Virus record (IMG/VR): IMGVR_UViG_3300027791_000011
Reading direction: 5' to 3' (one strand)
Origin: an uncultured virus (IMG/VR IMGVR_UViG_3300027791_000011)
Taxonomy: Duplodnaviria > Heunggongvirae > Uroviricota > Caudoviricetes
Length of the DNA: 64,000 nucleotides
Shown here: positions 48,097 through 56,152 of the stretch, piece by piece
How the letters are laid out: each line of letters begins with the position of its first letter
Position numbering within the stretch: position 1 is the first letter of the stretch
Notes under the pieces: generated by a model
The model's database searches: none
Seen by the model: the letters and a program-made list of their open reading frames with translations, nothing else
Told to the model about the DNA's origin: nothing
Translations under genes and position numbers: made by a program

Positions 48097-48129
48097 CAAA
48101 GATATAAAAAGTTTTGTTACACTTCCAAA
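48097..48129 (-). promoter_or_regulatory. Bacteroidota housekeeping promoter for the groES operon
   Basis: TTTG (-33; 48126-48129), a 21-nt spacer, then TATCTTTG (-7; 48097-48104). Confidence 0.8.
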
Positions 48130-48147
48130 CGTTTCTTAATATTTTTT

Positions 48148-48187
48148 AAATAAAAAATGGGTAGCAAATTTCTTTACTACCCATCTC
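48148..48187 (-). terminator. Rho-independent terminator
   Basis: ATGGGTAGTAAA-GAAA-TTTGCTACCCAT followed by TTTTTATTT. Confidence 0.85.
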
Positions 48188-48206
48188 TAAAATTTTAAAG
48201 GTCTTC

Positions 48207-49040
48207 TTAGCTATTAAGTGTAATTGATCCATCAGCAGAAGCTGTTGCTCTACAAAACCACTCAGTACCATCCGATATAAACTCAATCCACTCACCACCA
48301 AGGGCAGCAGCTTCAAGAGTAACAGAATCTGCACCTAGATTAGTAGTATTTCCTGTACCTGTTCCTGATCCTCCTCCTGATACTGGTTGTGTTACAGTTA
48401 TAATCTCCCAATTAGTTTGACTTGATCCCCCAGTAATTGATATATCTGAAAAGTCAATGTCAACACCTGCAACTGCAGCTGTAATTACAATATTACGATC
48501 ATCAGCACCTAGTTGATTTCCTCCTACTACTGTTACAGCAGCGCTGGCAATTTGAGGTTGATCCGCTAGCTTAGCAGCAAATGCAGCTATCGTTTGATCA
48601 CTAGTACCTGAATATGTTGTTGTAGATAGTGGATATCCTTCTATTGAGCATGCTATAACATTACTAGCTACAAGCGCACCACCAAAACTAAAAGTATATA
48701 CAGCTTTAGTAATTGTAGCTCCGGATCCTATTTGTTGAGCTCTAATTGTGTGTTGCGGACATAATATAATAGCGTCCCCTAGGCCTGATGGACTACTCCT
48801 TGCTATAAAGGTAAAATTTAATCCTGGTGTACTTGGAAGTGGTAAGTTTATAGTGAGATTGTTTGATCCCGATATGTCTAATATAACATAGCTTCCGCTA
48901 TCATAGTCATATAAAGTCATACCACTAGTAGTTACTCTATGTACTCTACGTGTAGTACCAGTTAACTCAGCTAACTGAAAGTTTTTATTTATAGATGAGG
49001 TTTTCTCGTTTAAGAAAGACCTTACTCGTTCTAATTTCAT
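48207..49040 (-). CDS. Stand-alone beta-rich, virion-like (decoration/fibre-type) protein
   Basis: TLYDYDSGS..., TINLP...GLNFTFI, GEWIEFISDGTEWF; flanked by its own promoter and terminator. Confidence 0.55.
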   Translation of the reverse strand: MKLERVRSFLNEKTSSINKNFQLAELTGTTRRVHRVTTSGMTLYDYDSGSYVILDISGSNNLTINLPLPSTPGLNFTFIARSSPSGLGDAIILCPQHTIRAQQIGSGATITKAVYTFSFGGALVASNVIACSIEGYPLSTTTYSGTSDQTIAAFAAKLADQPQIASAAVTVVGGNQLGADDRNIVITAAVAGVDIDFSDISITGGSSQTNWEIITVTQPVSGGGSGTGTGNTTNLGADSVTLEAAALGGEWIEFISDGTEWFCRATASADGSITLNS

Positions 49041-49064
49041 AATTTCTTTGGTTTTTATTTTAAG

Positions 49065-49318
49065 TGTGAAGAGGATATAGTTATCCCCCTATGATTTCTA
49101 TTTTCAAACTTGGATTTCACTCTAGTAGTTCTCCTTATTAAGGGACCCAAGGATGCTATTCTCGTTGTTAATTCAACACACTTACTAATGTGGTTATGCA
49201 CCCTACCTAGAACTTATACACTTGTTCTTTTGTAACTACCGGAGAAAACTCTATCTCTATTTGAGACTACAACCCGATGTCTTTCCCCATTTTTGGTTAC
49301 CGTGGGGTGATATTGTTA
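49065..49318 (-). ncRNA. Putative structured RNA / long 5' leader, family unknown
   Basis: ORF-free, directly downstream of a TATCTTTG promoter, with at least 8 nested helices whose G-U pairs fit the minus strand. Confidence 0.6.
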
Positions 49319-49323
49319 CGATG

Positions 49324-49331
49324 CAAAGATA
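49324..49331 (-). promoter_or_regulatory. Bacteroidota -7 promoter element
   Basis: TTTATATCTTTGCAT, identical over 15 nt to the groES promoter core. Confidence 0.75.
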
Positions 49332-49502
49332 TAAACTTTATTTGGAATAAAAAAACAAAACTAAAAAAAAATTAATGTGGAGAGTTAGTGAGAGCGTGAT
49401 CCACCTCAAAGCGTAACCCCTGTGGGAATTAAGGAATTGAAGGTACTCCCTCCAATTTCCGATTTTTGAATTTTAGAATATTAACCAATTTAATTATATA
49501 TT

Positions 49503-49856
49503 ATGAACAAATTAACAAACTATGTAGAGTTTACGTCAGACAAAGATACTAAGAAGTATTTTGATGAAGTAAAGAAGAACAACCTAAGTGTTATAGGGCA
49601 GTCGTCAGAAAGTCCATTAGATTTAGGAGAGTACAAAGCATCTATCACAGGTAACAAAAACAGAATAGTAGGTAAAACAGGTGAGAATGAATGGTGTATT
49701 TTCTTGATGGAAGTAAAAGTAAAAGGTGGAAGTTTTAGTGGAGTAATGGATAAAATTCCATTCAACCCAACTACCAACTACAAAAAGAATTCAGTTATAA
49801 ACTTTGAAATTTACAAAGATAAAAACGGGTTGAAACGTGGAAGATTAGTAAACTAA
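49503..49856 (+). CDS. First early-arm gene, hypothetical (possible OB-fold)
   Basis: A-rich leader, beta-rich, ends INFEIYKDKNGLKRGRLV and has its own terminator. Confidence 0.6.
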   Translation: MNKLTNYVEFTSDKDTKKYFDEVKKNNLSVIGQSSESPLDLGEYKASITGNKNRIVGKTGENEWCIFLMEVKVKGGSFSGVMDKIPFNPTTNYKKNSVINFEIYKDKNGLKRGRLVN

Positions 49857-49863
49857 CAAATTG

Positions 49864-49895
49864 AAGGAAGGGGAGAAATCCCTTTCCTTTTTTTT
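49864..49895 (+). terminator. Rho-independent terminator
   Basis: AAGGAAGGGGA-GAAA-TCCCTTTCCTT followed by a T run. Confidence 0.88.
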
Positions 49896-50126
49896 ATTTA
49901 CCTTACAGCGAGATATTGATCGCGATTGCATGTACCAGGATTTATTCATAATATATTAAGCCAAATTCAAAGATGAGTAAAGATAATCATTATAATATAA
50001 CATAAAGTCTAATCAGACAGACTATAAAAGCAGTAGAACTGACCAGAGTTATTGAGTTAACTTGTGTTGTGAGGCACTTAAAAACTCTATTTATTAACTA
50101 ATATTAACCAATTTAACATAATTAAC

Positions 50127-50318
50127 ATGAAAACGTATGAAAAAGAGTGGTGTTCTGTAACACTAATGAATAGATTTAAGATCTGTTTAAAGTTTGAATT
50201 TAGTCCAAGACAAATAGATTTACTAATGATTGGTGCTCAATTGACCAATGGAATAGCAATAACCATTTTAGGTGTATCAGTTATGATAGAATGGAATGTT
50301 GTAAAGAAGAAGAAATGA
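50127..50318 (+). CDS. Small hypothetical protein
   Basis: TATTAACCAATTTAA leader; ORF track. Confidence 0.55.
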   Translation: MKTYEKEWCSVTLMNRFKICLKFEFSPRQIDLLMIGAQLTNGIAITILGVSVMIEWNVVKKKK

Positions 50319-50434
50319 TGAGTAATAATAAAACTTATCATGTACCAAAGCCAAAAGTGTGGTATAAAACTAATGTATGTTTTATAATACTATTCATTTT
50401 GTTTTGGGGAGGGTTATTTACCTTCATATATTAA
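50315..50434 (+). CDS. 39-aa small membrane protein
   Basis: Read manually: ATGA-coupled, MMSNNKTYHVPKPKVWYKTNVCFIILFILFWGGLFTFIY. Confidence 0.5.
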   Translation: MMSNNKTYHVPKPKVWYKTNVCFIILFILFWGGLFTFIY

Positions 50435-50441
50435 GATTTAC

Positions 50442-50586
50442 CTTGACTTTATGTCAAGTGTGCGTAAAACTTAGGTACTGAAATGGAAACAAGTATACGA
50501 CAACAGTAAATAGTGGTGATTACCATAATCCACAACGCACACAATTTAAATTATACAGAAGTTGAGATGAATTAATCTCATGTATA
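50442..50586 (+). ncRNA. Putative structured RNA element(s)
   Basis: GTGTGCGT/ACGCACAC closing stem with internal hairpins, and flanking hairpins on both sides. Confidence 0.4.
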
Positions 50587-50594
50587 GTTTATAT

Positions 50595-50750
50595 AAAAAA
50601 TAGGCACTAACCAGCAAGCCACTAAGAATATTTCTTCAGTGATCTGACTTGTATAAGACTAAAGTCGTCTGCAGACGGTTAAACATTAGTGCGAACTACA
50701 ACATACCCCAACGTGGGACTCGAGTGTGTTGTGGCCTATTTTTTTATTTT
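50595..50750 (+). ncRNA. Putative multibranched structured RNA
   Basis: Nested helices, an 11-bp stem with plus-strand G-U pairs, ending in a T run. Confidence 0.55.
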
Positions 50751-50783
50751 AACACAAATTATTCATTAAAAACATTAAACATT

Positions 50784-50987
50784 ATGGCAACAGCCGAACA
50801 AAATACAAATTATATTATATTGTCTAACCAAATTGAAGAGCATTCAAAATTATTAGAAGAGATTGTAAGATTATTAAGTGATATGACTGATAATGTATCA
50901 GACAATAGAGCTCTGATTGGTACAAATGCTGATCTAATTAAAAGAGTATGTGAGACATTAGATACAATAACAAAAGAAATCTATTAA
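50784..50987 (+). CDS. Small coiled-coil protein
   Basis: ATG 50784 (MATAEQN) follows an A-rich leader; the TTG-started extension in the track overlaps the structured region. Confidence 0.6.
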   Translation: MATAEQNTNYIILSNQIEEHSKLLEEIVRLLSDMTDNVSDNRALIGTNADLIKRVCETLDTITKEIY

Positions 50988-50989
50988 TT

Positions 50990-51169
50990 ATGGAATTATA
51001 TAATAAAGAGAAAGTATTAGAGATTTATAAGAACTTACAACATACTTATGATACTATGAAAGATAGTAAGGTAATGGTGCCTTCTAATCCAATGTTCAAA
51101 CCATCAAGAGCATCAAAAGCATCAATCAAAAGAAAATTAGACGAGATAAAAAGAAAATACAAATTATAA
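50990..51169 (+). CDS. 59-aa basic hypothetical protein
   Basis: Read manually as MELYNKEKVLEIY...KRKYKL; fills the gap. Confidence 0.55.
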   Translation: MELYNKEKVLEIYKNLQHTYDTMKDSKVMVPSNPMFKPSRASKASIKRKLDEIKRKYKL

Positions 51170-51188
51170 ACATTAAATAACATTATAC

Positions 51189-51527
51189 ATGAAGACAATA
51201 ACAGTTAAGGTAAAAACAAAAGAATTAGAAGTTACAAACAAGGTAAAAACATACTATTATAAAGATTGTGATGGTAAAGAAGTATTAATTGGATCACAAA
51301 TATCTATGGATAAATTTCATTTAGGTAAGACGGCAGATCAATGTCACATAGAAGTATATTCTAAATGGACTAAAGCTAGAAGATTCAAAACTAAACTTCA
51401 TAAAGTTATAGTAGACAATGTTAAATTAGGAGGAATTCAGAGTCACATTAATAATATAATGACCAAAGTTAATGGTTATGCATATCAATATAGTATTAAT
51501 AATGAATCTGGTCCTTTATGTCAATAA
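51189..51527 (+). CDS. Hypothetical protein
   Basis: ORF track; A-rich leader. Confidence 0.6.
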   Translation: MKTITVKVKTKELEVTNKVKTYYYKDCDGKEVLIGSQISMDKFHLGKTADQCHIEVYSKWTKARRFKTKLHKVIVDNVKLGGIQSHINNIMTKVNGYAYQYSINNESGPLCQ

Positions 51528-51588
51528 TCATGATGGTAATATTTATTACAATAATTGTAGGTATTGCTATTGAAAACATAATAAAAGC

Positions 51589-52224
51589 ATGGAAAAAATA
51601 AATGTATTAAATAGTTGTGCTCCAGAAGATTGTCAAACTGGAGACACTATACTATTAAGAGCAACAGTAGATCAAACAGGTGAAGGTATGTTTATGGAAT
51701 TTGGTTCAATAGTGGTTAGGAAAAATCACTTGCGAGCTAGATTCAATAAACATAGAACCAATGGTTTTGTTCCTGGAATGCGTAGAGCATGGGAACCGTG
51801 TACAATGGAAGATATAAAAGATGAGTTTAATATAGATTTATTAGACTTAGAATCTGAAATTGATTCTGAAGGTAGAGAGTTTTACACATTAAATGTATTA
51901 CATCCAATGTCATACAACTCACAAACAAGAGAGATGATGAAATTATGTGTACAAATAAATGAGACTACAAAGCCAACAGAAAACCAATCAAAGAATTGGA
52001 GAAAGAAAGCTAAAAAAGTCAATGATGAATACTTTAAACACGAAGGACAGCTTATCTTTGCCAACACATCTATTGTTTATGGGCTACCAAATCATGTATA
52101 TCTGGAACACGATTTACCAGAGTATATAATTACTGATAGTAAAATAATTAATTCAAACCAGGAGTTTGATAACGTACCTGAATTGATGGAAGACACGGAA
52201 ATGAAAGAATCCTTTTTAGATTAG
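51589..52224 (+). CDS. Hypothetical protein with acidic tail (possible ssDNA-binding)
   Basis: ORF track; beta-rich with an acidic C-terminus. Confidence 0.5.
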   Translation: MEKINVLNSCAPEDCQTGDTILLRATVDQTGEGMFMEFGSIVVRKNHLRARFNKHRTNGFVPGMRRAWEPCTMEDIKDEFNIDLLDLESEIDSEGREFYTLNVLHPMSYNSQTREMMKLCVQINETTKPTENQSKNWRKKAKKVNDEYFKHEGQLIFANTSIVYGLPNHVYLEHDLPEYIITDSKIINSNQEFDNVPELMEDTEMKESFLD

Positions 52225-52226
52225 AT

Positions 52227-52367
52227 ATGAAACAAATAGATGAAATGTTAAATAGATGGATACATAATACCATCGTAAGAGAAGCACTAAGAAAATTAAT
52301 AATCGAGTATGCACAATCTGCCTTTCAAGAAGGACGAGGAGAAGATGGATTTGGTGATTACTCATAA
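52227..52367 (+). CDS. 46-aa hypothetical protein
   Basis: Read manually as MKQIDEMLNRWIHN...GFGDYS; starts 2 nt after the previous stop. Confidence 0.45.
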   Translation: MKQIDEMLNRWIHNTIVREALRKLIIEYAQSAFQEGRGEDGFGDYS

Positions 52368-52377
52368 AACAAATAAT

Positions 52378-52617
52378 ATGGGACATATGAAATGGATATA
52401 CTCAATGATACAAGACGGTACTATTGATGTATATAGATTGCTGTACAATAATGCAGTGAAGTATAAATTAGAAGAGTTTATATTTGAGAGTAGAGTGCAC
52501 AGTATATCATACGCACAAGGTGTTCTTGCTATTGCAGTGAAAGCTGAACAAGAATATGATAAATATATAGATGCATGTGCAGATGCAGAGTATGATGCTC
52601 AATTTTTAGAACAATGA
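52378..52617 (+). CDS. Hypothetical protein
   Basis: Likely start MGHMKWIY after an A-rich leader (track start 52309); ATGA-coupled to polA. Confidence 0.55.
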   Translation: MGHMKWIYSMIQDGTIDVYRLLYNNAVKYKLEEFIFESRVHSISYAQGVLAIAVKAEQEYDKYIDACADAEYDAQFLEQ

Positions 52618-54521
52618 TATACTTTGTAGGACCTGATTCTATTTTACCATGTTGTGAAACAGCAACAATTAATGACGTGGTAGAATATTGTCAAACTAAA
52701 AAATATCTAGGTGTTGATACTGAAACTGAAGGATTTGATTTTACTTGTAAGAAAATGATTATGTTTCAGATAGGTGATACAACTAATCAATATGTAATTG
52801 ACACTAGACATGTAAGTATTGAGCCATTAAGGTCCGTGCTCGAAAGTAAAGATATAGAAAAGATATTTCACAATGCTAAATTTGATTATAAGTTTATATT
52901 AAAATGGGCAGATATAAAATGTGAGCATGTATTTGATACATTTCTTACTGAGCTTGTATTAAACTGTGGTAAGAAAATAGGATTTGGACTAGCTGATGTA
53001 GTAAAAAGATACTTTGGAGATACATTAAACAAAGAGACTCGTAATTTATTTATTAAATTAGAGGGTAATCCTTTTACTCAAGATCAAATAGTTTATGGCG
53101 CTAAAGATGTAGAGTATTTATGTAGAATAAAATGGGAACAAAGACATAAATTAACTGAGTTACAATTAGGACCAGTTGCTAATCTTGAGAACCAGGCTGT
53201 GTTAGCATTTGCAGACATGGAGTATAATGGTTTAGATTTAGATATACAACAATGGAAATCTTTAGAAGGAGCAAATACTACTAGAGCTGATGCATTGCTT
53301 ATAAATCTAGACGAGACATTAACTGAAGATAGTAAATTAGAAAAATTTGTGTCTAGATATATACAGAGTGATATGTTTACACCAATAGAAGAGTTAAGAA
53401 AAGTTGATGTTAAATGGACATCGCCTAAACAGGTGCTTGAAGTATTTCAGTGTCTTATACCTAGTCTAGAGAATGTGAATGGCAAAGAAATGTATAAACA
53501 TAGATATAGACATGAAATTATTAATACTTATGTTCAATATAAAGAAGCTATGAAGTTGTGCACATCTTATGGTGAGGCATTTCTTAAGAATCTTAAAGGG
53601 GACAATAGAATACATACAAGTTTTCACCAAATTCTAGATACAGGTAGAGTTAGCTCATCTAAACCTAACATGCAGCAGATTCCAGCTGATAACAGCTTTA
53701 GGAATTGTTTTACTGCACCAGACGGATGGAGTTTTGTAAGTGCTGATTACAGTTCGCAAGAATTAAATGTAATTGCCTTTGGATCTAAAGACCCTGTGTG
53801 GTTGAAAGCCTTAGAAGAAGGACAGGATTTACACTCTACTTGTGCAGAATTGGTGTATGACAAACAGTGGCTAGACGCAGCTGAAGATAATTGTGCATAT
53901 TATTATAATAATGCTAAACAAAAATGTAATTGTAAAGAACATAAAAAACTTAGAACAAATGTCAAAACTATTAATTTCGGGCTTGCTTATGGGATGGGCC
54001 CTAATAAGCTTTCTGATACTCTTAATATCAGTGTGGAAGGAGCTAAAGAACTCATCGAAAAATACTTCCAAACCTTCCCATCAATCAAAGGATTCTTAGA
54101 GAAACTAGGTAACTATGGTAAGAAGTATGGATATATAAAAACATTTCCTCCTTACAATAGAAAGAGATGGTTTACTACTTGGCACCCTAGAATACATCAA
54201 AGTAAATCTTCTTCATTTGAACTTGGAAGCATTGAACGTGCTAGTAAGAACACACCTATACAAGGCGCATCTGCAGACATGACAAAGCTTGCTTTAGTAA
54301 GAATTAGAGAATATATTAATGAAATACTACATTGGAAAGATGAATGCCCTATTAAAGTAGTAATGACTGTACATGACCAGATCGACACAATATGTAGAGA
54401 TGATTATTTAGATACTTGGAAAAAAGACATTGTTATGTTAATGGAGTGGGCAGCTAAAGATATAGTAACAAATGGCTTGTTAAAGGCTGAAGTCACAGTG
54501 AGTGACTGTTGGGAGAAATAA
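52614..54521 (+). CDS. polA: Family A DNA polymerase with 3'-5' exonuclease
   Basis: Exo motifs DTETE, HNAKFD and YGAKD; TGRVSS.PNMQQIP; motif A DYSSQE; motif B RTNVKTINFGLAYG; motif C VHDQ. Confidence 0.95.
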   Translation: MIYFVGPDSILPCCETATINDVVEYCQTKKYLGVDTETEGFDFTCKKMIMFQIGDTTNQYVIDTRHVSIEPLRSVLESKDIEKIFHNAKFDYKFILKWADIKCEHVFDTFLTELVLNCGKKIGFGLADVVKRYFGDTLNKETRNLFIKLEGNPFTQDQIVYGAKDVEYLCRIKWEQRHKLTELQLGPVANLENQAVLAFADMEYNGLDLDIQQWKSLEGANTTRADALLINLDETLTEDSKLEKFVSRYIQSDMFTPIEELRKVDVKWTSPKQVLEVFQCLIPSLENVNGKEMYKHRYRHEIINTYVQYKEAMKLCTSYGEAFLKNLKGDNRIHTSFHQILDTGRVSSSKPNMQQIPADNSFRNCFTAPDGWSFVSADYSSQELNVIAFGSKDPVWLKALEEGQDLHSTCAELVYDKQWLDAAEDNCAYYYNNAKQKCNCKEHKKLRTNVKTINFGLAYGMGPNKLSDTLNISVEGAKELIEKYFQTFPSIKGFLEKLGNYGKKYGYIKTFPPYNRKRWFTTWHPRIHQSKSSSFELGSIERASKNTPIQGASADMTKLALVRIREYINEILHWKDECPIKVVMTVHDQIDTICRDDYLDTWKKDIVMLMEWAAKDIVTNGLLKAEVTVSDCWEK

Positions 54522-54528
54522 GCCAAAA

Positions 54529-54740
54529 ATGTCCAGTTTTTTAACGAATAAACTGGACAAATGTGTACCAATTATGTACCAACAGAAGTGTAACTTATAT
54601 GAAACAAAACAAGGTAAAATGTAACTTAGATGAAACATTAACAAACTAAAACAATAGATATGAAAAAGATATGGGATACGGTAGTACCACATGATGTAAC
54701 AAAAAAGTTATGGTAATAAATAAAACAATAGATATGAAAA
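54529..54740 (+). repeat. Intergenic inverted and direct repeat cluster
   Basis: TGTCCAGTTT/AAACTGGACA inverted repeat, TGTAACTTA(T/G)ATGAAACA x2 and TAAAACAATAGATATGAAAA x2. Confidence 0.75.
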
Positions 54741-54958
54741 CAGAACTAGTTAAACATTTTGTAATGGAATGCAAACAAGAACAAGAATGGAAAAAAAGAT
54801 TCAAAGCTAATCATATTGAGTTTGATAATTATTTCAAATACAGTGGGCAAGTAGAACGAGAAAGACAAATTTATATGAATACAAACTTATGGAATTATGA
54901 AAACAAAACAGAGAGAGAAGCAGCAAAAATTAGCTGTGAACTCGTGGGCCAAGAGTAA
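54734..54958 (+). CDS. Hypothetical protein
   Basis: Likely start MKTELVKHF within the repeated leader (track start 54710). Confidence 0.5.
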   Translation: MKTELVKHFVMECKQEQEWKKRFKANHIEFDNYFKYSGQVERERQIYMNTNLWNYENKTEREAAKISCELVGQE

Positions 54959-56078
54959 TTTTACAGGTACTATAATAGCAGGTACAGGATTTGGTAAGTC
55001 TAGATGCTGTGTCCTTGCTGTTGGAGAAACATTACGTAGAATCGTTGAAGATGGTGAATATAAGGGCTTAGTATTAGTACCAACTGTACAATTACAGGAC
55101 CAATTTAGAAAAGAGTTTATTAAATGGGGGTATGAAGATGTATTAGATGATGTAAATTTTATGTGCTATCAAAGTGCATATAAGTTAGTAGGGCATCATT
55201 ATGATATAGTTGTGTGCGACGAAATACATTTAGGGTTAGCACCAGAATATAGAAAATTCTTTGAGAACAATTTATGGGACAGACTATTGTGTGTAACGGC
55301 TACTATACCAGAAGAAGAAGAGTATGAGCACTATTTAAGATCTCTTGCACCTACAGTGTATGAGATTGATTTAGAAACTTGTATTAAATTAGGATTTGTA
55401 AGCCCTTATAATATCTCTTGTATTTCTGTTAAGTTAACACCAATAGAGCAGAAAGAGTATAATAAAGCTAATCAATCCTTTGTTCACTATAAGTATAATC
55501 TTGGACAGTTTGATGCATTTAATGAGGCTAAAAGAATAATGGCTAATAAAAATGCATATGCAGAAGAGAAGAAAAATGCTATTATGTTTTACAGAGCTAT
55601 TAAAAACAGAAAATCTGTAGTAGACAATGCATCTAATAAGATAACAGTCTTACAAAAGATAGTATTAAATAATTTAGATAAAAAAATACTAACTTTTGGA
55701 GGTTCTAATGAGTTCACTAATAATATGTGTGAGGCTGTTTCTCCTTTAGCTGTTACATATCATTCTAAGATGACTAAAAAACAACGAAACCTTAGTTTAG
55801 AGTTATTTAATAATGATACTAAAAATGTACTGTGTTCAACTAAAGCTTTGAATCAAGGATTTGATATTCAAGGTGCAGAGCTAGGTATAATATGCGGATT
55901 AACTAGTAAATCTTTAACTATGATACAAAGAATTGGTAGACTGCTAAGATACAAAGAGAACAAAATAGGAAAAATTGTTATAGTGTATGTAGCTGATAGT
56001 CAAGAAGATAAATGGTTGAAGAATGCAATCAAGAGTTTTAACAACGTCAAGTATATTGACGATATAAAAAAATTATAA
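54897..56078 (+). CDS. Superfamily 2 (DExH) helicase
   Basis: GTGFGKS, VLVPT, CDEIH, TAT, LNQGFD and QRIGR motifs. Confidence 0.9.
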   Translation: MKTKQREKQQKLAVNSWAKSNFTGTIIAGTGFGKSRCCVLAVGETLRRIVEDGEYKGLVLVPTVQLQDQFRKEFIKWGYEDVLDDVNFMCYQSAYKLVGHHYDIVVCDEIHLGLAPEYRKFFENNLWDRLLCVTATIPEEEEYEHYLRSLAPTVYEIDLETCIKLGFVSPYNISCISVKLTPIEQKEYNKANQSFVHYKYNLGQFDAFNEAKRIMANKNAYAEEKKNAIMFYRAIKNRKSVVDNASNKITVLQKIVLNNLDKKILTFGGSNEFTNNMCEAVSPLAVTYHSKMTKKQRNLSLELFNNDTKNVLCSTKALNQGFDIQGAELGIICGLTSKSLTMIQRIGRLLRYKENKIGKIVIVYVADSQEDKWLKNAIKSFNNVKYIDDIKKL

Positions 56079-56107
56079 ATAATGTATAATCTTATTGATA
56101 TTTTTTG

Positions 56108-56115
56108 TATATTTG
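56108..56115 (+). promoter_or_regulatory. Bacteroidota -7 promoter element for the initiator/DnaB operon
   Basis: Intergenic TATATTTGCA about 40 nt before ATG 56153. Confidence 0.65.
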
Positions 56116-56152
56116 CATATATATAAATATCAACGGTATAAAAAAAATTGTT

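Noticed and set aside
50442..50750. tRNA genes or a hammerhead/twister ribozyme
   Set aside because: No GTTCRA T-loop or D-arm geometry, no CTGANGA...GAAA core, and only vague twister resemblance. Kept as unclassified structured RNA.
36864..54521. Introns or inteins in MCP, portal, TerL or PolA
   Set aside because: All are uninterrupted, of normal length, and show no intein or homing-endonuclease motifs.
54589..54740. Mini-CRISPR array
   Set aside because: Only two copies of each repeat, 18-20 nt long, with no consistent spacer length and no cas genes.
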